From Vicugna vicugna (Eukaryota), in assembly GCA_013265495.1 (NCBI GenBank), contig MU061538.1, positions 1-64,000 of the forward strand: a stretch of DNA of 64,000 nucleotides, given 5' to 3'. Below, in pieces: positions 1 through 11,093 of the stretch (position 1 is the stretch's first letter; each line of letters opens with the position of its first letter). A model generated the notes under the pieces. That model saw only the letters and a program-made list of their open reading frames with translations. It searched no databases and was not told where the DNA came from. Both the position numbers and the translations under genes were made by a program.

Positions 1-633
1 CACACAGGTCGGGCCCAACGCAGGGCCGCAGAGCCTTTTAGGAAACGCCCTTTTCTCTGAGTCAGATGAGCAAAGACTGACAGTGATGGCGTGGGGTGCC
101 ACGCTCTGGTGATATACATAATCACAGCTCTGAGGTAAAGCAAACGGGCAAGTGCACCCTGACATTGATCCAGCAAGTTCACTTCCAGAAATTAATCATA
201 AAGAAATAATTCAGAATAAGTGAAAAAGTTTACACCATGGATGTCTTCATAATAAAAAAAAATTAGAAGCAATTGAAGTGTCCAAAAAAAGCAGACGTGT
301 CAAGAAAACCATGACAAGTCCATATCATTAAGTATTATATTATGGATAAAATAATATCATAGACACACGATAGCTTAGGAAAATGCTCAAGATGTATTCA
401 GTTTGAACAGTTATAAAACAGTAACAATCCAACCTAAGAAAACTGTCTCTACGTACATGTCCATCCACATACACACACATGAATACACGTGCATGATGTG
501 ACCCACAGTTCTCTCTGGGGAGGGCCTGGTTTTCCTAAATTCTCCCAAACGGCCACGGTTCACTCTTGCACCGGACAGACGCGCCTGCCTGGCGCCCAAG
601 CCCAAGTCGGCAGCGGCCTGCCTCCCCACGTAC

Positions 634-725
634 CTTCCTCTCCCGGTACCGTCTCTCTCTCTCCTCGTCGCCTCCTTCGGGCTCCTCACCCTTTGGCTCC
701 CTCTCCTCAGGCCTTGCTTTACTTA
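634..725 (-). CDS. DYNC2I1: Dynein-2 intermediate chain 1 (WDR60), coding exon 4 (92 nt)
   Basis: Minus strand tttattttgtag|TA AGT AAA...AGG AAG|gtacgt. Translates (V)SKARPEEREPKGEEPEGGDEERERRYRERK, matching the recalled human VSKVRSEE...GDEDRERRYRERK. Its phase-1 start fits the phase-1 end of exon 3. Confidence 0.88.
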
Positions 726-1434
726 CTACAAAATAAAACAAGTTTTAACATTCCCAACTCCAGCTTCAACTGAACTACACAGTAACACGTATGTAAACAC
801 ACCCCTGACTAACACTCTCCAGTCTCGAGGGTGGGAAGTTCTGGAATCGGGCTTAAAATGGAATAAATGGCAGCTGGTATCCAGCAGCCAGGAGAAGGTG
901 TCAGAGGAGGCCCTGGAAACTTGAGAGGGGCAGCAGCCCAATGCCAGGCCCTCGGAGCCCCTGGGCCGCTGAGAGGAGCCCAGGAACAGAGCCCAGTCCT
1001 TCCAGGAAAACTGGCCAGGAGGGCCGACATCTCCTCCGAGGGCTCAGCTGCCGGAAGGTGCCGGCCTCCGAGCAGCTGGGCCCAGCCCCTGCCTCCCAGA
1101 GCCCCGCTGCTGAGGGCACAGCGTAGTGGACCAGGAGGCCCCACCACGAGGCTCCATCCAGCCCACCTGCTGCCCAGACCCGCGAGCTCTCCCTGGCATG
1201 GGCAGCCAGTGGAGACACCACTTACAGCCTTGTCCAACAGTGAGAAACTAGATTTTCTCTTTTGAGTCTGCTCAAAGTTACTAGGCTTAGTCCTAAGAGA
1301 CGCAATATTTTAAAAGATGAGGACAAAATTAAACATACAGCGATCACTGAAACAAAGTTCATTCCGTCTAGAAGTATCCACCAAACACTGGCCACTTTCT
1401 AGGAGCCTGGGTACAAGAGGCCAGAACAGCAGGC

Positions 1435-1670
1435 GGGGCCTCCCAGGGCTTGCGCCCGACGTGGGGGCAGGAGAGGAGGTGGGGGCCCTCCCAGCACTCG
1501 CGCCCGACGTGGGGGCAGGAGAGGAGGTGGGGGCCCTCCCACGGCTCGCGCCCAACGTGGGGGCAGGAGAGGAGGTGGGGGCCCTCCCAGGGCTCGTGCC
1601 CCACGTGGGGGCAGGAGAGGAGGTGGGGGCCCTCCCAGGGCTCGCACCCAACGTGGGGGCAGGAGAGGAG
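1435..1670. repeat. G-rich 48-bp minisatellite, ~5 copies (DYNC2I1 intron 3)
   Basis: Unit ~GGGGGCCCTCCCAGGGCTCGCGCCCGACGTGGGGGCAGGAGAGGAGGT; appears as a 16-aa periodicity in the ORF track. Confidence 0.95.
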
Positions 1671-2446
1671 GGGAGAAGGGCCAGGCTCCCCAGGCTGGGA
1701 GAGGAAGTGCAGGTCAGGGTGGTCCCCAGGTTTTCCGGCCTGAGGAAGGGAAGGCCGTGGGGGGGCAGGTTCTGGGGGCTGTCGGGCACCAGGGGCTTAA
1801 CAAGCCTGCAGCCTTATTATTTAAAAAACTACCGAGAACACCAACATAATAACCCCAGAAAGAGGCAACGTACTAAAGTGATGACCCACCTCAGCCCGGC
1901 CCTGCCCAAGGCCACAGACACACCCCCTCCCGGAGCCTGAGCCCAGCTTCCTAGCCTGGGGACTCCCAAAGTTACTACGAACTCTTCTGACATTCCCTTT
2001 TTTGTTTATGTTGGTTGGTTTGAATTTCTTATAGGAAGAACACACCATTTGTGTAATAAAAGATAATGAAATACATACTTGGGAGAAAAAAAGCACATTT
2101 ACCTCTACACTAGAATTCCTAGGAATCTGGACAAGTGATATTTAAACATTGCTTAAAATAAATCTGTTCCTTTTCAGGATTTCTTTCTATCAAAGAGCAT
2201 TATTTTTGTCTATTTACTATGTGGACTAAGATTTACGGAGACTTAAGTCTAAACTATATTTCACAGTAAAACCCCAGCAAACAATGAGACAACAGTTACC
2301 CCCTCACTCGCCGAGATGAACTGTAAAACATAAGAAGGGGGCAGGGGCAGGTGCACAGGGTGCAGCCCAGGCCTCTCACTGCAAACCCACCACCCAGCAT
2401 TTACAAAACTCGGAGAGCAGTGGGGAGGAGGCCGCCCTGCACACAC

Positions 2447-2864
2447 CTGCCTGTGTCCTGCGCTCCGGCCTGTCAGGTGGCTGCCCCTGCGCGTCCCGGC
2501 CCAGCAGGTTGTGGCAGCCAGCTGCCTGCCTCAGCCCGTCCCGTCGTGCCCTGTGGCCCCCCTTCTCGCGCTCCTTCCCCCGGCTGGGGGCCTTCTCAGC
2601 AGTGGCCTGCTCTCAGTGTCCCTCCTTGGGCTTCTCTCTGTCCCGGCTCCTGGTGTCCTTCCTCCTGTCCCGATGCCGGTCCTGGTCCTGGTCCTGAAGC
2701 CTGTGTGGCTTCTCCCTCTCAGCCGCCCTGTCTCTGCACCTGGCGTCCCGCTCTGGGTCCCTGCGTCTGTGCTCCCGGCATTCAGGGAGGTCCGTTTCCA
2801 GATCCTTCTGCGGCTGCTTCTCTCTGTGTTTCTTATCCTCCTTGGGACCAGCTGACTGTGCCGC
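2447..2864 (-). CDS. DYNC2I1: DYNC2I1/WDR60 coding exon 3 (418 nt), highly charged N-terminal region, with an in-frame TGA at 2613-2615
   Basis: Acceptor tctcttgttcag|GCG, donor GCA G|gtgtgt. Translation AAQSAGPKEDKKHREK...REKPKEGH*EQATAEKAPSRGKEREK...CHNLLGRD resembles the recalled human AIQSGGSKEERKHREK...KEKHREAEKSHSRGKDREK...HHNLLG on both sides of the stop. Confidence 0.88.
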
Positions 2865-3224
2865 CTGAACAAGAGATGGCAAGTTTCAGAAACAGAGTCA
2901 GACTCACTGAGGGGCCTTAAAGTGCAGGCTGAGGGCTTTCCATCCCAGCAGGACGGGCCTAGACCAACACTCTCGAACCCAAGAAGGGGTCAGACTTGGC
3001 GGCCCCACGACTGGTGACAGCACCCACCTAAGGGACACCCACGTGTGTTGGCAAATCGACCCTAAAGTACCACATGGAGCAGAAAGAAGAGAGAGGGTGT
3101 GGGCTGGGCAGTAAGTGTGACACTAACCACCCAGGGCCCACTGCACCAGCGTGGACCCTTGCTGTAAGCCCTCAGGAGGCCTGGATCACAACCTGGATGC
3201 CCCCAGTGTACACACATGCCATGC

Positions 3225-4056
3225 NNNNNNNNNNNNNNNNNNNNNNNNNNNNNNNNNNNNNNNNNNNNNNNNNNNNNNNNNNNNNNNNNNNNNNNNNNNN
3301 NNNNNNNNNNNNNNNNNNNNNNNNNNNNNNNNNNNNNNNNNNNNNNNNNNNNNNNNNNNNNNNNNNNNNNNNNNNNNNNNNNNNNNNNNNNNNNNNNNNN
3401 NNNNNNNNNNNNNNNNNNNNNNNNNNNNNNNNNNNNNNNNNNNNNNNNNNNNNNNNNNNNNNNNNNNNNNNNNNNNNNNNNNNNNNNNNNNNNNNNNNNN
3501 NNNNNNNNNNNNNNNNNNNNNNNNNNNNNNNNNNNNNNNNNNNNNNNNNNNNNNNNNNNNNNNNNNNNNNNNNNNNNNNNNNNNNNNNNNNNNNNNNNNN
3601 NNNNNNNNNNNNNNNNNNNNNNNNNNNNNNNNNNNNNNNNNNNNNNNNNNNNNNNNNNNNNNNNNNNNNNNNNNNNNNNNNNNNNNNNNNNNNNNNNNNN
3701 NNNNNNNNNNNNNNNNNNNNNNNNNNNNNNNNNNNNNNNNNNNNNNNNNNNNNNNNNNNNNNNNNNNNNNNNNNNNNNNNNNNNNNNNNNNNNNNNNNNN
3801 NNNNNNNNNNNNNNNNNNNNNNNNNNNNNNNNNNNNNNNNNNNNNNNNNNNNNNNNNNNNNNNNNNNNNNNNNNNNNNNNNNNNNNNNNNNNNNNNNNNN
3901 NNNNNNNNNNNNNNNNNNNNNNNNNNNNNNNNNNNNNNNNNNNNNNNNNNNNNNNNNNNNNNNNNNNNNNNNNNNNNNNNNNNNNNNNNNNNNNNNNNNN
4001 NNNNNNNNNNNNNNNNNNNNNNNNNNNNNNNNNNNNNNNNNNNNNNNNNNNNNNNN
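3225..4056. other. Assembly gap (832 N)
   Basis: Run of N. Confidence 1.
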
Positions 4057-6554
4057 CCAAATGAAGACAAAACACAGAAGTCTTCCTGGTGATGTGAAGA
4101 TTAGGGAAGCAGAAGAAAATCACAGCCGCTCACAAATACACTAGGCAGAAAGGAACAAAAAGCAAGCCGGTGGAAGAACCTGGCCAAAGGGTGGCCACAA
4201 AACGCGTCGCCCTCTACCGTCACGCTCACTAGGAAATGTATTCTTCGTCCGATAAGCTGGTCGATTTAACAAAACGGGTCACAGGAAGATATAGTTAAGA
4301 GGATCAGCGTCCAGCACGGCTGCAGCTCACAGCTGCTGAACTTTAAAATCCATTCTCTCAAGTTAAGGCTCCTTAGAGAGGTTAACACGTGACCTTTTCC
4401 GAACAAAAGGTCCAAACCCGAGGAAGAGCATGTGCCGGCAGCGCGGTCACCCAGCTCCAGGGCCGGACAGCAGACCGAGGGCGTCGGGAACCCATCGGAA
4501 TGTCTCTCCAAGTGGCTGTAATCATAGCACTTGTGTCAAAAAGTAAAAATCTTGAAGGCAACAGATCTCCAGCAGAGACCCCAGGGTTCTCCACCCGCCT
4601 CTTACATTCCCACCAACCAAAGCTCAACTTCAGGTCTCAGTCCTGCACTTTTCTTTCTTTCCCTTTTCTCTTCACACTTTTTAAGCTGTAAAATGACAAG
4701 CACCTCGCGCCCACCACAGCTCACTGTCACACGAGTCCAGCAGCGCCACAGAGTGCGCGCGGGGACACGGCTTCAGACGGGAGCCGCCCTCGCCCGTGTT
4801 CCCCGTCTGCCTCGCGGAGCAGCAAGTGCAGTTAAAACCTACTCCACAGCCGGAGGCCGCATGTCCTCCATGAAGGGCGCTGCCTGAACAGTAAACCCTC
4901 CGACCACAGGAGCAGCCAGTCTACCGCGGGGACCTCAGCTGGCACCCCACGTGCGTGTCGTCCTGTGCGCAGGATGGACAGACACAGGGAGCGCTCATAC
5001 GCAGCCCAAGACTCGGCTGCTGTCCAGGAGCTTCTACAGCAAAGCCCTGCTGGGCGCCCAGTGAGAACCCAGGCAACAGGCAGTCCGTCCACCTCCGCGG
5101 GGATAAAGGGGTCACACTGCTTCCCTCCCTTCCCATCCACGCAGGGCCCACAGCTCATCCTGAGACTGCGGGAACCAGGGGAGGGCCCCCAGGGGGCAGG
5201 GGTGTCAGACCACAGGCGCGGCCCCAGGTGGGCCCAGGGAAGCAGCGCCGTAGACCCCAGTGCCCTGCCTCGGGGCCCCCCACATGACTATGCAGGGTCC
5301 ACCTCCCTGCACCATGTCTCTCCTGAGCCAGGCACAGGCCGTCCAGCCATGGCCTCACCCCCAGGGTCATGTTTGGGTCTCTAGGCGGCCCTGCTGGCCC
5401 TGTTTCCCTTTTGGAGAAAAGTGGTTTCCCCAGTTTCCCCACCCGAACAGCTCAGCCGCCCGGACCTCCCCACACACCCCAGCTGTGACTTCCACCAGCT
5501 GCCCCGGCAGTGCTGTGCTCACGGGTGTCCCATCAGGCAGCACCGGGCAGCTACCCGCCCCGCAGGGGCCTCCACTCCTGCCTCCAGCGCCCTGCACCGC
5601 CCGGGCGAGCAGACCTCTCCCTCTGCCTGCCCGCAGCTGCCAGTCACTGAACCAGTCCGCAGGTCAGAGGGCAAGGCTGTTTCGTTCTCCATCAGTTGGG
5701 TGAAAACGGCTGTCCCTGCTCCCTAGACTTGAGGCCAAGCAGGATCCGTCTCCAAGCACCTCGGTGCAGGTCTTGGTGCCCGGACAGCCAGCCAGGGGCG
5801 GGTCCACTCTCAGATCAGACACGGCTCTTCACCAGGTCCCTGCATGTCCTCCTCTAACTCATGCCCTGCTTCCACCCTCCTGTCCGGGCCACTGCCACCC
5901 ACACCCGGCTAGACTAGCATCTCCTGACCTGCCACAGCCCCGGGGCGGGGTCCCCGCATCACCGCGACTCCCAGGACCACAGGGGCACAGGATGCTGTCC
6001 ACCCCCAGAGGTGACAGACCACCCTAACATTTGCTAAAAAGTCCCGAAGGGGGAAAGGCTGCTTCACACACCGCTTTGGGGTCAAGACAGTTCCCTCTTG
6101 CTGTCTTAATCTTTTAAAATTATGCCTGATCCCAGAATTCTTTGAATTATCGAATTCAGTGACTGAGGAAGCGCTCCCTAAACATGGCTACTGTCCTTTG
6201 TTCTCACTGCAGTGAGGCTGCGGGGGAGACGCGGGCTCCCGCCTCTCCAGGGCTGCCCCCGTGTCCACTCCTGTCCACCCTGCATGGTTTGCTGACACCA
6301 GGCCTCGCCCCCAGTCCATGGGGCAGATGCTGGGCCTGGCCATTCCCATGTAAGCAAGGTAAGCTGAAGTGTGCTCTTTCACCCAGGTAAAACAGGTGTA
6401 CAACACTGTGTAATACATAAAGCACTCACAGCACTGCCTGGTCCTACCAGCAGGTGTGCTGCCGAGGAGACACGAGGCATGCTCGGTGTCCCAGGGATGG
6501 CCGTGAGCACCCAGGGCAGGGAGGCCTTGGCCCTGCTGCGTTGCACTGCCGGCG

Positions 6555-6796
6555 TGTGAGCACAGACCGTGCGTGTGTGTGTGAACACAGAGTGTGTGTG
6601 CATGTGTGAGCGCAGTGTGTGTGTGTGTGTGTGCATGTGAGTACAGTGTGTGTGTGCGTGTGAGCACAGTGTGTGCATGTGTGTGAGCGCTGTGTGTGTG
6701 TGCATGAGCACAGTATGTGTGCGTCAGTGCAGTGCGTGCGTGAGCGCGGTGTGTGTGCATGCAGAGTGTGTGTGTGTGTGTGAGCGCAGAGTGCAC
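6555..6796. repeat. Degenerate (TG)n compound microsatellite
   Basis: Interrupted tgtgtg tracts with recurring gagcacagt/gagcgcagt spacers. Confidence 0.9.
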
Positions 6797-7419
6797 AGAT
6801 GCTCAGAGGAAGGGGAAGGGCTGGCACAGGACATGGGCCGGAAGAAACACCATCAAGAAGCTGGTGCCGCCTTGACCCTTCCCTTTGCGTCAGGAGACAA
6901 AGTAGTAACTCCACGAAGTCACAGTAATTACACAATCAGGTTCTAACAACCGGTGGGTTAACTTCCTAAGAAGTAAGTGACCGGCTTAAACTGAGAACTA
7001 AGGTGCACACCCATCAGCTGCCAGCGAACATTAGCCCTGAGGTCGTGGCTTTTGTGACTTTAAATGTTTAATAAATACGTACCAGAAAAAATCCCAAAGG
7101 TGACTCAAAAATAACACAAACTGTAATAAACCAGGTGAGTGATCTCAGCCAGACCACAGAAAAACACTGGAGGGAAAGGAACTCACGGGGGTCCCAGAGG
7201 CAAACAGGTGTCTGAAAGGGGTGTCTGATGACTAGTGCGAGGACCGGTGGAGAGGAGCCCCGAGGGGCTTCGGGGCTTGTGCTGGAACCCCTGCTTCCAG
7301 CAGGACTCTGCAGACAGTGCAGGCGGCCTGACAGGGAACCAGAGCAGAGGACCAGCAGAGAAAACCCTTGGAATGACAGAACTTACACAATTAATCTGGC
7401 GCTTCGCACAAATATGAAA

Positions 7420-8030
7420 GATCAGTGAGAAAAACAAACATGAGAGAGCAAAGAATCAAGATAAACAAATGGAGAAAAGGATCCTAAAAGGAAATGTGAC
7501 CAAGAAAATAAAGAGAAATCTTTATTTTTTAAAAAAAGGCATAAAAGGAATATCTTTCAACTTTTTCTAAAATATTATAAGCACAAGTTAAACAAATGCT
7601 GCAAAAAGGAACGATATAAGAACAAGAAAAAATCCTCGATATTAAAATTAACAAAGTAAAACATTAAGTAGATGAGGCAACAGTAAAGTTGGAGAAATCT
7701 CTTGGATTATAGGGGAAAAGACAGAGATGGAAAATGTGGGCCATGAGTCCAACATCCTACAAGAGACTGGATCAGAGTTCCAGAAAGAGAGAATGGGGAA
7801 AGCAGGAGAAGGAAATACAGAAATAACAGGAAAACTGTCCTAGAAGCGAAGGCGATCTGAGTTTGTATTTTGAAAGGGATGATCAAATGTGAAAAATAAC
7901 AAGTGAAAAAAGACCCACAACAGATTCCTGCCGTATTTGTCCAGAGCACCAAGAAGAATGATCCGGAATCTTCTGAAGAGAAAGAAGATGTTACTTGCAA
8001 AGGTATCTCATCAGCCAAGCAGTAGCTAGG
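7420..8030 (+). mobile_element. Possible ancient L1/HAL1 ORF1-region remnant
   Basis: A-rich, with gtccaacat...gagttccagaaagagagaatggg motifs reminiscent of L1 ORF1; heavily decayed. Confidence 0.4.
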
Positions 8031-9277
8031 AGATAAAGCAGACGCTAGTCAAGGTGCTGGGACTGGATCTCCACCCTGGGCCACACTCTCGCATGGGGCC
8101 ATCAGCGCAGTAACGTGTTCTCAGAGCATAACACCCTTGGAGAAAGGGTGTCTGAGGATTTACTCCAGGGGAAAAATGGGGAATTTCAAGGGCGGTGACA
8201 GCATTGGATCCAAGAAACAGTAGATGTAACCCAAAAGAACGAAGAAAAGAAATTCCCAGAAGAGCTCTGTGAAGGTCTTGAAACAATTAGCCCTGAAAGT
8301 CAGTGAGCCCTGCGCAGGGTTTTTTAAAGGAGATTTCATTCAACAGATAATGTGACTGATTAATAAGCTAAGTCATAAATGATAAGGTTGAAATTTAAAA
8401 AGAACATGCTCTTCTCTCCAACGAAGGAGGCAAACAGAAACTACAGGAAACAGGAAGTAAACTACACTGTGATACACTGCACTCAGTGTGAAAAGAGACG
8501 CCCCCTTGCCCCCATGCCAGGGCTGTACAGCCACATTTCTTAGCTCCGCACGGACGACAACGGTAACTGATGACAACTGACATAATGGGGGGACGCCAGC
8601 TCAGGCACACACAGGGTGGGGCCGGTGGCCACTGAGGAACTGGCCTCAGACCCGTCCCTGCATCACCAGGAACCTGAACCTTGTCTGAACAGCACCAGAC
8701 CAAGGACACTAGCAGCCACCAAGCAGCAGCTGCCAGCCGCAGGCCCCCAACAAGCACCCCCACTTCTTTCCAGCTCCAATTTTAACTCCTGACAAACAAC
8801 TCATGCAGACAACTGTGATCGTGCCATTCTGTGCCTGTACCATCCTCCCCCACTCTATAGCCTGGGAACACAATTCAAATGCTTCTTCAATTCCTGTCTC
8901 CCTGGCCACAGTCTTAGCAAATACCAAATAAACATTTTTTATTTCAATCAGGTCTCCATTTCTAAAGTTTTGGCTAACACAACTTTAAAAGCAACCTATA
9001 AACAACTCACAAAAAACTTAAGTTATACAATAACTTTTGAAAATCTAAGGGAATCTTGGAGAAGGTGACAGAGGGCAGGAAGTTGCGGAGGATAGCGAGG
9101 GCACTAACTTCCTGCTCAATACTACAAACATTATAAAAGTCAATGACGGAAACAAGAAAGTAATAGGAGGGAGGGTGGGAGGAGACGTATGCAAACTAAA
9201 TTCCTCATCTTTTAGCGGGAATCCACAGACAAGCAGGACAGCGACAGTTAACAGCTACTGAGTTAAAAACAGTGTCC

Positions 9278-10819
9278 TACAAAGCTGGAGGCATAACCCT
9301 CCCTCACTTCAGACAATACTACAGAGCTACAGTCATCAAAATAGCGTGGTGGTGGCACAAAAGCAGAAACATGGATCAATGGAACAGAATAGAGAACCCA
9401 GAAATAAACCCACGTGCCTAAGGTCAATTGATCTTCAACAAAGGAGGCAAGCACATACAACGGAGAAAAGACAGTCTCTTTGGCAACTGATGTTGGGAAA
9501 GCTGAACAGCAGCATGTAAATCAATGAAGTTAGATCACACCCTCAGCACACACAAAAATAAACTCAAAATGGTTTAAAGACGTGAATATAGGACAGGACA
9601 CCATACGTCTCCTAGAAGAGAACATAGGCAAAACATTCTCTGACATAAATCCTACTGATGTTTTCTTACATCAGCTTCCCAAGGCAATAGAAATAAAAGC
9701 AAAAATAAACAAATGGGACCTAATCAAACTTATAAACTTTTGCAAAGCAAAGGACACCAAAAACAAAATGAAAAGACAACCTACAGCCTTGGAGAAAACA
9801 TTTTCAAATGAAGCAACTGACAAGGGCTTAATTTCCAAAATATACAAACAGCTCATATAGCCCAGTAACAAAAAAAAAACCCAATCAAAAAATGGGCAGA
9901 AAATCTAAACAGACATTTCTCCAAAGAAGACACACAGGTGACCAATAGGCACATAAAAAGGTGCTCAGTATCACTAATTATCAGAGAAATGCAAATCAAA
10001 ACTACAATGAGGTATCACCTCACAACAGTCAGAATGGCCATCACTAAAAAATCTACAAATAATAAATGCTTGAGAAGGTGTGGAGAAAAGGGAACCCTCC
10101 TACACTGTTGGTGGGGATGTAGTTTGCTGCAGCTGCTACGGAGGTTCTTTCAAACACTAAAAATAGAGTTACCATATGATCCAGCAATCCCACTCCTGGG
10201 CAGATACCCAGAGAGAACTCTAATTTGAAAAGACACATTCACCCCAATGTTCACAGCAGCACTATTTACAATAGCCAAGATATGGAAACAACCTAAATGT
10301 CCACTGACAGATGACTGGATAAAGAAGCTGTGATATATTTATACAATGGAATATTACTCAGCCATAAAAGAAGAATAAAATAATGCCATCTGCAGCAACA
10401 TAGATGGACCTACAGATTATTATACTGAGTGAATGAAGTAAGTCAGACAGAGAAAGACAAATACCGTATGAAACCAGTTACACGTGGAACCTAAAAAATT
10501 ATACAAATGAATTTATTTACAAAACGGAAACAGCCTCACAGACATAGACAACATACTGATGGTTACCAAACGGGAAGGGTGTTGGGGAGGGATAAGTTAG
10601 GAGTTTGGGCTTTTCAGATACACACACTGCTGTGTATAAAACAGACGAACAACAAGGACCTACTGCAGAGCACAGGGACCATACTCAGGTTCCTGTAATA
10701 AGCTATAACGGACAAGAGCATGAAGAACAGGTATTTATGTGTGTGAAACTGAACCACTCTGCTGTACGCCAGGAACCAGCACAACACTGTCAACAGACTA
10801 GACTTCAGTGAATAAAAAA
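9278..10819 (+). mobile_element. 5'-truncated LINE-1 (ORF2 C-terminal region, 3' UTR, A tail)
   Basis: acaaagctggaggcataacc...; peptides KINKWDLIKL and [16 protein letters not shown] in broken frames; ends aataaaaaa. Confidence 0.93.
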
Positions 10820-10993
10820 CTATCACCGTTCTAGGCACTTTTCCTTGCAGGGCTCCGCCGGCCCCACCAGTACTGTCCCGACCTGATCCGCGGGGACACA
10901 AGCCACGTCGGGAACGTCCCCAGAGGCCAGGACTCCAGCCTCGGCACCTGGTGCGCCCACGGGCTCAGCCTCCCGCGAGGCGTCCGCACCCAC

Positions 10994-11008
10994 CTTCCCG
11001 GGCTCCAT
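10994..11008 (-). CDS. DYNC2I1: DYNC2I1/WDR60 coding part of exon 1 (MEPGK)
   Basis: gcggcgATGG strong Kozak context; ATG GAG CCC GGG AAG|gtgggt donor; lies in a CpG island; MEPGK equals the recalled human WDR60 N-terminus. Confidence 0.88.
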
Positions 11009-11093
11009 CGCCGCGCGCAGGCCCGGGGCCGCGCAGCCGTCTGGGGCCAGGCCGGGAGGAGACGCCCGCCCGCACGCTGGGCCCGGCCGGCGT

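Noticed and set aside
1435..1670. CRISPR-like array
   Set aside because: Head-to-tail tandem units with no unique spacers, in mammalian intronic DNA.
1317..1940. 207-aa and overlapping repetitive ORFs (LAPDVGAGEEVGA...)
   Set aside because: Products of the stop-free 48-bp minisatellite; no splice or homology support.
2613..2615. Selenocysteine or programmed readthrough reading of the TGA
   Set aside because: It aligns to Arg rather than Cys, the context TGA-GAG is not the TGA-CTAG readthrough motif, and the 3' UTR is outside the window so no SECIS can be assessed.
3062..4144. Long poly-X ORFs
   Set aside because: Artefacts of translating the N gap.
6188..6946. His/Thr- and Cys/Val-rich ORFs
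   Set aside because: Translations of the TG/CA microsatellite.
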